NCBI GenBank assembly: GCA_019638475.1
Contig: JAHBTR010000006.1
Span: 59,391 to 123,390 of the forward strand
Direction of reading: 5' to 3'
Length of the DNA: 64,000 nt
Source: Chitinophagaceae bacterium
GTDB lineage: Bacteria; Bacteroidota; Bacteroidia; Chitinophagales; Chitinophagaceae
Shown: piece after piece, positions 19,534-28,209 of the stretch
Layout: each line of letters starts with the position of its first letter
Numbering within the stretch: the stretch's first letter is position 1
Program-made: the position numbers and the translations under genes
Notes under the pieces: model-generated
What the model was told of the DNA's origin: nothing
The model's input: the letters and a program-made list of their open reading frames with translations, nothing else
Databases searched by the model: none

Positions 19534-20508
19534 CTACATTAAAGCACCAGTATTATTTATTTTGTTTAAAATTTGGTGAGCTACTTCCATAGCTAAGAAA
19601 CCATCAATTTCATTGACTACTATTGATTTATTGTGTATAATACTATCTACAAAAGATTCTAACTCTAATTTTATAGCATTGGCATCAGCAATTTCTGGGT
19701 TGGCTACTGCAATAGTTTTTTTGCCTTTTGGCGTATCTACATCAAATGAAAAAACATTTTTATCTTCTGCTTGTTTTAGTTTTATGATTTCTGTTTTTTT
19801 ATTCAGAAAATCAATTCCTATATAACTATCTTTTTGAAATAAACGCATTTTACGCATTTTTTTCATGCTAATTCTACTACTGGTAAGATTGGCAACACAG
19901 CCATTATTAAACTCTATTCTTACGTTGGCAATATCTGGTGTATCTGTCATTACAGCTACTCCATTAGCACTGATATTTTTTACATCACTTTTTACAAGGC
20001 TTAAAATAATATCAAGGTCGTGTATCATTAAATCTAAAATTACACTTACCTCTGTGCCTCTTGGATTAAATTGTGCTAAACGATGCACTTCAATAAACAT
20101 AGGGTTTAATGGCAAATTTTTTAGAGCAAGATATGCAGGGTTAAATCTTTCTACATGCCCTACTTGCATTTTTATATTTGCTTCTCTAACCATATTTACC
20201 AAAGTTTTAGCTTCAGCTATGGTATTGCACAATGGTTTTTCTACAAAAATGTGTTTACCTTTTCTGACTACTTTCATGCAAATTTCATAATGCCAATCTG
20301 TTGGTACTACAACATCTATAGCATCGCAAGCATCTATTAGTTTGTCTTCATCCAAATAACGTTTAATGTTATATGAGGCTGCTACTTCTTTTGCATTTTC
20401 ATTATTAGGGTCAAAAAAGCCTATAATTTTTACCCCTTCTATTTCTTTCCAATTGTTTAAATGAAATTTTCCTAAATGCCCAACCCCAAATATGCCCACT
20501 TTTAGCAT
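19534..20508 (-). CDS. Gfo/Idh/MocA family oxidoreductase
   Basis: Rossmann N-terminus MLKVGIFGVGHLGKFH and EKP motif (VEKPL). The ORF-track start was trimmed by 18 codons. Confidence 0.85.
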   Translation of the reverse strand: MLKVGIFGVGHLGKFHLNNWKEIEGVKIIGFFDPNNENAKEVAASYNIKRYLDEDKLIDACDAIDVVVPTDWHYEICMKVVRKGKHIFVEKPLCNTIAEAKTLVNMVREANIKMQVGHVERFNPAYLALKNLPLNPMFIEVHRLAQFNPRGTEVSVILDLMIHDLDIILSLVKSDVKNISANGVAVMTDTPDIANVRIEFNNGCVANLTSSRISMKKMRKMRLFQKDSYIGIDFLNKKTEIIKLKQAEDKNVFSFDVDTPKGKKTIAVANPEIADANAIKLELESFVDSIIHNKSIVVNEIDGFLAMEVAHQILNKINNTGALM

Positions 20509-20829
20509 AGTATATATTTTAAGATAGATATAAATTTGAAGGTGTAAAGATATATAAAGCAATTACCCAAAAAGATATAAATGTGTGTATGTGGAAATAT
20601 TGCTATTAATTATTGATTATTTACTGCTTTTGGCAAATAGAAATAAGTTATTAAACCTTATATCTGTTAGCTTAATAATTAAAAAATATGCCTTAGCGTT
20701 TGGTTGAGTTATTTACTTTTTCATCACACTTGTTCCCCTCATGCAATAAAGGCACAAAGTGTACAGCGTTTTTTTATAGAAGAATAATTTATTGTAATAA
20801 AAAATCTCTTTATTAACTCAAGCTACTTC

Positions 20830-22041
20830 TTAGCCTTTCTTCTTTTTCTTTTTAGATTTTTTGTTTACTGGCTCTTTCTGTTCAGATGTAGTGCTATCTT
20901 GAACAGGTCTTTGTTGTTCTACATTTTCTTCTTTATACTGTTCAGTATTTTTACTTTCTTCTGTTTCAGTCTTTGTGTCTGGTTCAGGCTTTTCTTTTTT
21001 CTTCTTTTTAGTTTTTTGCTTTGGTTGTGGTTTGCCAAAGTCTGCATCTTCATCAGTCTTTTGATTTTTCTTTACTTCTGTACTGTCTTCTTTTTGTTTC
21101 TTTTTGTCGGTATTTTTTTCTTTCATTGGCTCATCATGCTTTACTGCTACAGTATCAGTGTTTCTATCATTTTCATCATCATCATCTTCATTATTTATAT
21201 CGCTTTTAGTTTTTTTGGATTTTTTACTTTTAGATTTTTCAATAGCTTCTTTTTTATTGGTTTTTTTACCCGATTTTACTTTTTTGCCCTTATCTACAGT
21301 AACAGAATCTTCTGTTGCCACTTGTGTACTATCTGAAACGTCTTCATCTAAATCTTGTGTTTTACCTTTTTTGCCTTTTTTCTTTTTGCCTTTCTTTGAA
21401 ATAGGTTGTTTTCCAAATTCTTCTACTTCATCATCATCATCGCCAGTAATACTTGTTTCTCCAGTAATGCCATCACCTTTTTTAGTATATTTTCCTGCTC
21501 CTGCTTTTTTGCTTCCTCCTTCTACTTGTTCCCAATCTTTACAGCCTTCATTATCTTCAAAATCATTTAACTCACTCATTAAGCCACAATGTTTCTTTTT
21601 ATGTGTAGTATCTATGGGTGTTATACAACAAAATTTTACTGGAATTTTTACAGGAATAATATTGGTTTCTCTACCAGCAGTATTGTATAAAGGCACTTCT
21701 TTTACAATGCCTGTAATCATATCTTGGCTAAATCCTAAACGAATGGTTACTGTAACTTCATAAGGTCTTCCATTATCATCAACTCTTTTTTCATTTCTTA
21801 CAAATTTCTCATCAATTACCAATAACTGATTAGGTTTCATTTTTTTTATTTTGTAAACCATATCATAAGGTAATGCAAGAAGAGGGTCTTCTAACTTTTT
21901 TACTTCTTTTTTCTTGGGAGATTTTGTGTTAGTACCAGTGGCAGTGGTAGTTGTTGTTGTAGAATCTGCATTTTCTTGTGCTTGAACAGAAAGTGCTGTA
22001 ATTAAAAAGAATATTAGAAAAGTTTGAAATTTGAAAATCAT
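20830..22041 (-). CDS. Secreted protein with Cys-containing N-terminal domain and about 220-aa Lys/Glu/Asp-rich disordered tail
   Basis: 403 aa. Signal peptide, a globular-looking part up to about aa 180, then a highly charged low-complexity tail ending KKSKKKKKKG. Confidence 0.6.
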   Translation of the reverse strand: MIFKFQTFLIFFLITALSVQAQENADSTTTTTTATGTNTKSPKKKEVKKLEDPLLALPYDMVYKIKKMKPNQLLVIDEKFVRNEKRVDDNGRPYEVTVTIRLGFSQDMITGIVKEVPLYNTAGRETNIIPVKIPVKFCCITPIDTTHKKKHCGLMSELNDFEDNEGCKDWEQVEGGSKKAGAGKYTKKGDGITGETSITGDDDDEVEEFGKQPISKKGKKKKGKKGKTQDLDEDVSDSTQVATEDSVTVDKGKKVKSGKKTNKKEAIEKSKSKKSKKTKSDINNEDDDDENDRNTDTVAVKHDEPMKEKNTDKKKQKEDSTEVKKNQKTDEDADFGKPQPKQKTKKKKKEKPEPDTKTETEESKNTEQYKEENVEQQRPVQDSTTSEQKEPVNKKSKKKKKKG

Positions 22042-22164
22042 GAAATTTATTTAAAAATTTATAAATGATTTATTACTTAAAAACGGAAAGTTACAATAAA
22101 AATAAAATAGTTCCGCATTAAGTTATTTAATTTGCCGTTTCTTTTTATTTGTTAACCAATAAGC

Positions 22165-24036
22165 ATGAGCAAAAGAATTATTTTAATAGGGCTACTAATC
22201 TATTTATTGTGTCATAATAAAAATGTATTTGCACAATGCTCTACTACAATAAATGCTTTTCCTTATCATGAAGATTTTGAAGCAGGACAAGGAAACTGGA
22301 CTACTGGAGGAACTAATAGTGATTGGACTTTTGGCACACCTAATAAAAGCATTATTACCAATGCAGCAAGTGGTTCAAACTGTTGGATAACTGGAACACT
22401 TACAGGAAATTTTTACAACTTTGGAGAAAATGCTTGGCTAATGAGTCCTTGTTTTGATTTTACCTCATTAACTAATCCTCAAATATCTTTTAATATTTTT
22501 TGGGAAACAGAAAGAAGGTATGATGGTGCTACTTTTCAATATTCAATAAATGGCGGAACAACTTGGCAAAACTTGGGCAATAGTAATTCTAATAATAATT
22601 GTTTAGGAGCTAATTGGTTTAATTATTCTCCTATAACATCATTGGGTATTGATGGTTGGTCTGGAACAAAATTACCAACATCTGGTAGTTGTCAAGGTTC
22701 TGGTGGTAGTAATAATTGGGTATCTGCAAAACATATTTTAACTGCACTTGCAGGACAAAGCAATGTTCGTTTTAGATTTGTTTTTGGTGCTGGTACTACA
22801 TGCAATTCTTTTAATGGTGTAGCTGTAGATGATATTACTATTGCTGAAGCACCTTCAAATACAGCAGATTTTATTTTTACTTGTAGTAGTAATAATACAG
22901 TATCATTTACTAATACATCTTCTATATGTGGGGCAAATTTTATTTGGAATTTTGATGACCTTACATCTTCTTCTAATAGTAGTAATGCAGAAAATCCTAC
23001 ACATATTTTTAGTGCACCAGGAACATACAATGTTTCTTTATCTGTTACTTTTCCTGGAAATATTATTGTTACAAAAAATAAAACAGTTACTGTTTTAAAC
23101 GTAACAACTTCTATTGTACAAGCACTTTATTGTTTTGGCAATACTAATGGAAGTGTACAAGCAACTGTTGTAGGTGGTAGTGGAACGTATAATTATGCTT
23201 GGAATACATCACCTATTCAAACAACCAATGTAATCAATAATTTACAAGCAGGCAATTATACTGTTACAGTTAGTGCTGCTAATGCTTGTACTACTTCATC
23301 AACCATTTCTCTTGCAGAACCTACTCCATTAATTGGAACTATACATACTCAAAATAATTTATGTAATCAACAAAATGGCTCAGCAGAAATTATTGTAAGT
23401 GGTGGTTCTTATCCATATACTTATTTGTGGGGCAATAATGCTACAACTTCTATTATTCAAAACCTTGCAGCAAATAGTTATTTAGTAACTGTAAAAGATG
23501 ATAATGATTGTTTATTAAACATGACAGCTATTGTAAAAGATTCTACAAACAATATTATAATGAGTTTAGGAAATGATACTTCATTTTGCCCAGGAAATCA
23601 GTTAGTATTAAACCCAGGAAATTTTGCTGCTTATTTATGGCAAAATAATTCTACCAATGCTACTTATACTGCAACTACTTCGGGTAATTATTTTGTAAAA
23701 GTTACAGACCAAGATGGATGCACAAAAAGCGATACTATTAAAATAACAGTAGATTGTAGTGATGTATTTTTTCCAACAGCATTTACGCCTAATAATGATG
23801 GGCTAAATGATACTTTTGGACCCATAGGCAATATTGCAGCTATTACTAATTTTAGTATGAATGTATATGGGCGATGGGGGCAATTAATTTTTTCTACCAA
23901 CAATCCTTTTATAAAATGGAATGGAAAACAAAATGGAATTGATACAGAAATGGGTATGTATGTTTGGATAGCAACTTACTCTATTAATAATAACCCTGCT
24001 GTTACAAAAAAAGGAACAGTATTAATTATACGATGA
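22165..24036 (+). CDS. T9SS type-B sorting domain (gliding-motility C-terminal domain) surface protein with MAM-like, PKD and SprB-type repeats
   Basis: 623 aa. Signal peptide, PKD-like segment (FDD..NPTHIFSAPGTYNVSL), repeated G-S-G-x-Y-x-Y-x-W modules, and a C-terminal FPTAFTPNNDGLNDTF...VYGRWGQLIF motif. Confidence 0.85.
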   Translation: MSKRIILIGLLIYLLCHNKNVFAQCSTTINAFPYHEDFEAGQGNWTTGGTNSDWTFGTPNKSIITNAASGSNCWITGTLTGNFYNFGENAWLMSPCFDFTSLTNPQISFNIFWETERRYDGATFQYSINGGTTWQNLGNSNSNNNCLGANWFNYSPITSLGIDGWSGTKLPTSGSCQGSGGSNNWVSAKHILTALAGQSNVRFRFVFGAGTTCNSFNGVAVDDITIAEAPSNTADFIFTCSSNNTVSFTNTSSICGANFIWNFDDLTSSSNSSNAENPTHIFSAPGTYNVSLSVTFPGNIIVTKNKTVTVLNVTTSIVQALYCFGNTNGSVQATVVGGSGTYNYAWNTSPIQTTNVINNLQAGNYTVTVSAANACTTSSTISLAEPTPLIGTIHTQNNLCNQQNGSAEIIVSGGSYPYTYLWGNNATTSIIQNLAANSYLVTVKDDNDCLLNMTAIVKDSTNNIIMSLGNDTSFCPGNQLVLNPGNFAAYLWQNNSTNATYTATTSGNYFVKVTDQDGCTKSDTIKITVDCSDVFFPTAFTPNNDGLNDTFGPIGNIAAITNFSMNVYGRWGQLIFSTNNPFIKWNGKQNGIDTEMGMYVWIATYSINNNPAVTKKGTVLIIR

Positions 24037-24235
24037 ACTTGTTTAGACTTTTAATTTTTTACGAATTGTGAATAAAAAACGCTGTCAGCCTGAGCCTGTC
24101 GAAGGCGAGGTTTAAAAAATATGCTTCAATTAATCGGTTTCGACATGTTTCGACAAGCTCAACATGACAAAACCTGACAACTTTCACTTTTTTTAGCTTC
24201 GTGTATATTAAATTGATAAAAGTCTAAACAAGTTC
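24035..24235. mobile_element. MITE-like non-autonomous element, copy 1 (201 bp)
   Basis: Perfect 19-bp terminal inverted repeats (gaacttgtttagactttta / taaaagtctaaacaagttc). Flanking 3-bp direct repeat GAT (24032-34 and 24236-38). No ORF. A near-identical inverted copy lies at 51591-51791. Confidence 0.85.
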
Positions 24236-24249
24236 GATAATAAAATCTT

Positions 24250-24257
24250 TACATTTG
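24250..24257 (+). promoter_or_regulatory. Candidate -7 promoter box for tRNA-Arg
   Basis: TAcaTTTG lies 49 nt upstream of the tRNA 5' end and 14 nt after the MITE end. Confidence 0.35.
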
Positions 24258-24305
24258 TTTTATGTTAGAAAGTTCTTTTTACAATTAAAGTATTAATTAA
24301 TAAAT

Positions 24306-24377
24306 GGTCTCATAGTTCAACGGATAGAATAGGAGTTTCCTAAACTCTAGATCCAAGTTCGATTCTTGGTGAGACCA
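24306..24377 (+). tRNA. tRNA-Arg (anticodon CCT)
   Basis: Cloverleaf with acceptor ggtctca/tgagacc, anticodon stem ggagt/actct with loop ttCCTaa, and T arm ccaag-ttcgatt-cttgg. No encoded CCA. Confidence 0.9.
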
Positions 24378-24394
24378 CTTTTTCCTCTACATTT

Positions 24395-24688
24395 ATGCAT
24401 ACTACATTAGACATAACTATTATAGAACAATTTTCAAAAGAAGATTTGGTAATATTTATTAAGCATTTAATGAGTACTGATTTTGAAAAATTAGTTTTTC
24501 TATTATACCGAATTGATGTGCATGAAAATAAGGTAAAACAACTTTTAAATACATCAACCATTAATTCAGAAGAGTTAATAGCACAAGCTATTATAGACAG
24601 ATTAGCAGAAAAGAAAATAACCAAAGAAAAATATAAGCAAATGAAACAGGATATTGATGAAGAAGATAGATGGACTTCTGACATATAA
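24395..24688 (+). CDS. Hypothetical acidic protein (97 aa)
   Basis: Clean ORF starting 18 nt after tRNA-Arg. No motif I recognise. The C-terminal half looks helical and charged. Confidence 0.45.
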   Translation: MHTTLDITIIEQFSKEDLVIFIKHLMSTDFEKLVFLLYRIDVHENKVKQLLNTSTINSEELIAQAIIDRLAEKKITKEKYKQMKQDIDEEDRWTSDI

Positions 24689-24787
24689 GGCATAATACCG
24701 AAAGTGTCTTTTCCCAAAGCAGAAAATTCAAAAAGCTGTTCTGATAAAAAGAAAATATTTTGAAGATAAACTAAAAAATAAGAGCAA

Positions 24788-25057
24788 ATGAAAACATACA
24801 CATTGGATGAAATACAAGATGAACTTATTGGTAAAATAGGAACACCTGAAAGAGACCGTTTTGAGTATGAACTTCAAATGGATTTGATAGGCAAAGCCAT
24901 TAAACAAACACGCAAAGAACGTAACCTTACACAAGAAGAACTTGGAAAACTTATTGGTGTTCAGAAAGCCCAAATTTCAAGACTTGAAAATAGTGCAAGC
25001 AATGTTACTATGGATACATTGTTAAGAGTAAAAAGTCATCCCTCAAAAAGTCTATAA
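24788..25057 (+). CDS. XRE-family HTH protein (HigA-like antitoxin type), 3' end fused into the IS left end
   Basis: HTH core RNLTQEELGKLIGVQKAQISRLEN and an N-terminus of the HigA-like type (TLDEIQDELIGKIGTPERDRFE). The last 8 codons and the stop are encoded by the IS terminal repeat starting at 25034. Confidence 0.7.
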   Translation: MKTYTLDEIQDELIGKIGTPERDRFEYELQMDLIGKAIKQTRKERNLTQEELGKLIGVQKAQISRLENSASNVTMDTLLRVKSHPSKSL

Positions 25058-25880
25058 GCCTATTTTGATAAGTATTTCAATAAAATAATACCTTAAAAAA
25101 TTTGCAAGAAAGCAGTAAATTGTATTCAAAATCTTGCAAATTTTTATGTATAGAAAACCCCTTTCTACTCCTCAATCAAGTATGTTTTCTATGTTGATTG
25201 ATTTAATAAATCAGCATCATCCACTTGTATTGTTGGCAGATAAAATAAACTGGCAACAGTTTGAAGATGTTTTTTCCAAACATTACAGTCATCGTATGGG
25301 CAAGCCATCCAAGCCTATTAGACTAATGGTATCACTACTAATATTAAAACATCTGCGAAATCTAAGTGATGAAAATATTGTGATGCACTGGTCAGAGAAT
25401 TTGTATTATCAATATTTCAGTGGCTGTATGGCATTTACACCAGATGTACCCTGTAGCTCAACAGAATTGGTAGAGTTTAGAAAACGCATTGGTATAGAAG
25501 GCATGGAACTGATATTTAAAGAGAGCATACGGGTAAATGATAAAGATGGGAACGATGATATTTTAACCGTTGATACAACCGTTCAGGGAAAAAATATTAC
25601 CAAAGCACAACGAAAAAAACATAGTCGTAGGACAGCCATTGAACAGGTTATCGGTCATTTAAAATATGATTATCGGCTCATCCGTAATTTTTTAAAAGGC
25701 TCAATAGGCGATAGCATAAACTTATTATTAAGTGCCGCTGCTTTTAATTTTAAACGAGTCATCAACCTCTGGCTCACAGAGGCAATCCATTGTTGGCAAC
25801 TGCTGCTTATGTTCATCAGAACAGCTTATGGAAATTGTATTACCCTAAAAATTGAAAAAACGACTTTTTGAGGGACGACT
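25034..25880 (+). mobile_element. Internally deleted IS5-family insertion sequence (about 847 bp)
   Basis: Terminal inverted repeats agtcatccctcaaaaagtc (25034-25052) and gactttttgagggacgact (25862-25880) match 18/19. Possible 3-bp AAA duplication. Encodes a truncated DDE transposase. Confidence 0.8.
25134..25871 (+). pseudogene. IS5-family (DUF772 + DDE) transposase lacking the central catalytic region
   Basis: 245 aa. The N-terminal DUF772-like region (GKPSKPIRLMVSLLILKHLRNLSDE) runs into VDTTVQGKNIT. It then jumps directly to the C-terminal RRTAIEQVIGHLKYDYRLIRNFLKG..NLLLSAAAFNFKR. The segment that normally carries the second D and the E is missing. Confidence 0.7.
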
Positions 25881-25967
25881 AAATATTTTTATTGAATAAG
25901 TTCTTTTATAAAAAAATCAATTATTGTAGCACAATATTTATTATTTTGCCACACTAAACTTGTTTAT

Positions 25968-28127
25968 ATGAAAAAAATATTTATCTCTCTCTTTTTTGCA
26001 GTAACAGTATTTCGTAGTTATGCAGATGAAGGTATGTGGTTGCCTATGCTTTTAGGACAACAAGTGTATAACGATATGGTAAAAAAAGGATTGAAATTAA
26101 AACCAGAACAGTTATACAGTATTAATAAAGCTTCTATTAAAGATGCTATCATAATTTTTGGTGGTGGATGTACTGGAGAAATTGTAAGTAATCAAGGATT
26201 AATTTTTACCAATCACCACTGTGGTTATGGAGCTATTGCAACTGCCAGTACTGTAGAAGCTAATTATTTAAGAGATGGCTTTTGGGCTTCTGATAAAAGC
26301 AAAGAAATTTCTACAACACTTAGTGTTAAATTCTTAAACAGAATAGAAGATGTAACAGAAAAAATAAACAAAGAATTAGGCGATTTAACAGGAGCAGAAA
26401 GAAATAAGAAATATAACGAGATTATTACTACTATAAAAAATAATGCTATTGGAGAAGATGAATTTAAAGATGCTGTTGTAGCCAGTATGTTTAAGGGAAA
26501 TCAGTTTTTCTTATTTGTGTATGATGTTTTTAAAGATATTCGTTTAGTAGGCACACCTCAAGAAAGTATTGGAAAATTTGGAGGAGATACAGATAATTGG
26601 GAGTGGCCCCGTCATACAGGAGATTTTTCTGTATTTCGTGTATATACAGATGCTAATGGAAAACCAGCAACATTTAGTCTTAATAATATTCCAATGAAAC
26701 CAAAATACTATTTACCAGTAAGTATTAAAGGCTTTCAAGATGGTGATTATAGTATGATTTTTGGCTACCCTGGTGGTACAAACAGATATGAAACTTCTTA
26801 TGGCGTAAAATTAGCTACTGATATTAATAACCCTACTTTGGTAGAATTAAGAGCAGTAAGATTAAAATATATGTTTGAACAAATGAAAAAAGACCCTGCT
26901 ATAAAACTTCAGTTAGCCAGTAAATATGCAGGTATTGCTAATTATTGGAAATTTTTTGATGGCGAAACAAGACAACTTTTAAAGTTTGATACTTATGGCT
27001 CAAAACAAAAAGATGAAGAAGCATTTAATAATTGGGCTAAAGGAAAACCAGCATACGAAAATATTTTTAATGACTATGCAAAAAACTATGCTGATTGGGA
27101 GCCTTATGCCAAATCTCGTCAATACTTAATAGAAGGAATTTTTGGAAGCCCTCTTATTTCTTATGTTTCAGCTTGGGGTTCTTTAGAAAGATTATTAAAA
27201 ACAAAAGACTATAAACCAGAAGAAATAAAAGCTGCTATAGAAAAAGCCACTGAAGCAAGAACATCATTTTTAAAAGGAGAAAATAAAAAAAGCGACCAAC
27301 AAATATTAGCTGCAGTTGTTTCAATGTTTTACAGCAATGTAGATAAAAGCCAACACCCCAAAGGCTTTTATGAAGAATTATTTATGAAGTATAATGATAT
27401 AGAGCAAAATCCTTTTAAAATGTTTGCAGCAGATGTATTTGAAAATACTATGGCTTTTGATGATGAAAAATGGAAATCATTTACAGAAAATCCAAGTGCT
27501 ATAAATATTGCAGAAGACCCAGCGTATAAAGCAGCCAATGCCTTTTTATCTAATTACATAACAAATTATGCTCCTAAATATACAGCCTTCACAACAAGCA
27601 ATAATGAGTTAGGTAGATTGTATATGAAAGGATTGTTTGAAATGAACCCTACAAAAATGAATAGCACTTACCCAGATGCAAATTTTACCATGAGAGTTAG
27701 TTATGGAAGTGTAAAAAGCTATACCCCTAAAGATGCTGTAAAATATGATTACTATACTACGATGGATGGAGTTATGGCAAAATATAAAAAAGGAGATTAT
27801 GAATTTGACCTACCAACTAAATTAATAGAACTTTACAAAAACAAAGATTATGGTCAATATGCAGATAAACGCATCAATAACCTTGTTGTAAACTTTATTA
27901 CTACTAACGATATTACAGGAGGTAATTCTGGAAGTCCTGTAATAGATGGAAAAGGAAATTTAATAGGTTTAGCATTTGATGGCAATACAGAAGCACTAAG
28001 CCATAAATTAGCTTTTGATAAAGACCTTAACCGTACTATATGTGTAGATGTTCGTTATGTATTGTGGTGTATTGACAAAGTAGGAGGTGCAAAGCATATT
28101 ATAGATGAACTTACCTTAGTAAAATAA
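25968..28127 (+). CDS. S46 family dipeptidyl-peptidase (DPP7/DPP11-like)
   Basis: 719 aa. Signal peptide, DEGMWLP N-terminus, catalytic His region TNHHCG, and catalytic Ser motif GGNSGSPV. Confidence 0.9.
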   Translation: MKKIFISLFFAVTVFRSYADEGMWLPMLLGQQVYNDMVKKGLKLKPEQLYSINKASIKDAIIIFGGGCTGEIVSNQGLIFTNHHCGYGAIATASTVEANYLRDGFWASDKSKEISTTLSVKFLNRIEDVTEKINKELGDLTGAERNKKYNEIITTIKNNAIGEDEFKDAVVASMFKGNQFFLFVYDVFKDIRLVGTPQESIGKFGGDTDNWEWPRHTGDFSVFRVYTDANGKPATFSLNNIPMKPKYYLPVSIKGFQDGDYSMIFGYPGGTNRYETSYGVKLATDINNPTLVELRAVRLKYMFEQMKKDPAIKLQLASKYAGIANYWKFFDGETRQLLKFDTYGSKQKDEEAFNNWAKGKPAYENIFNDYAKNYADWEPYAKSRQYLIEGIFGSPLISYVSAWGSLERLLKTKDYKPEEIKAAIEKATEARTSFLKGENKKSDQQILAAVVSMFYSNVDKSQHPKGFYEELFMKYNDIEQNPFKMFAADVFENTMAFDDEKWKSFTENPSAINIAEDPAYKAANAFLSNYITNYAPKYTAFTTSNNELGRLYMKGLFEMNPTKMNSTYPDANFTMRVSYGSVKSYTPKDAVKYDYYTTMDGVMAKYKKGDYEFDLPTKLIELYKNKDYGQYADKRINNLVVNFITTNDITGGNSGSPVIDGKGNLIGLAFDGNTEALSHKLAFDKDLNRTICVDVRYVLWCIDKVGGAKHIIDELTLVK

Positions 28128-28148
28128 TTTTTTATTACTGTCATTTTT

Positions 28149-28186
28149 AATCCCCAATGGAAATCAAAAACATTGGGGATTTTTTG
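28149..28186. terminator. Bidirectional intrinsic terminator between convergent genes
   Basis: aatccccaatg (28149-59) pairs perfectly with cattggggatt (28171-81). T-run on the plus strand and A-run upstream. Confidence 0.7.
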
Positions 28187-28209
28187 CTGAAAAATTTTAT
28201 TTAAAACAG

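Noticed and set aside
20830-21400. Repetitive aaaaag/cttttt-rich stretch considered as a tandem repeat or CRISPR-like array.
   Set aside because: There are no regularly spaced identical repeats. The periodicity is codon-level low complexity (Lys/Glu/Asp codons) within an intact 403-aa ORF.
24340-24801. 153-aa minus-strand ORF spanning the tRNA-Arg 3' half and the 97-aa ORF.
   Set aside because: It overlaps a well-folded tRNA, and its translation is Phe/Ile/Ser-rich nonsense. The plus-strand ORFs are more credible.
25950-25965. aacttgttta just upstream of the S46 peptidase start resembles the MITE terminal repeat (gaacttgtttagac), possibly a solo end.
   Set aside because: Only 10 nt match, there is no adjoining MITE-internal sequence, and the stretch is AT-rich. 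It is compatible with chance.
24036-25967. Active integrative element or prophage at tRNA-Arg.
   Set aside because: There is no integrase or recombinase, no phage genes, and no duplication of the tRNA 3' end downstream. Only remnants are present, reported above as a decayed islet.
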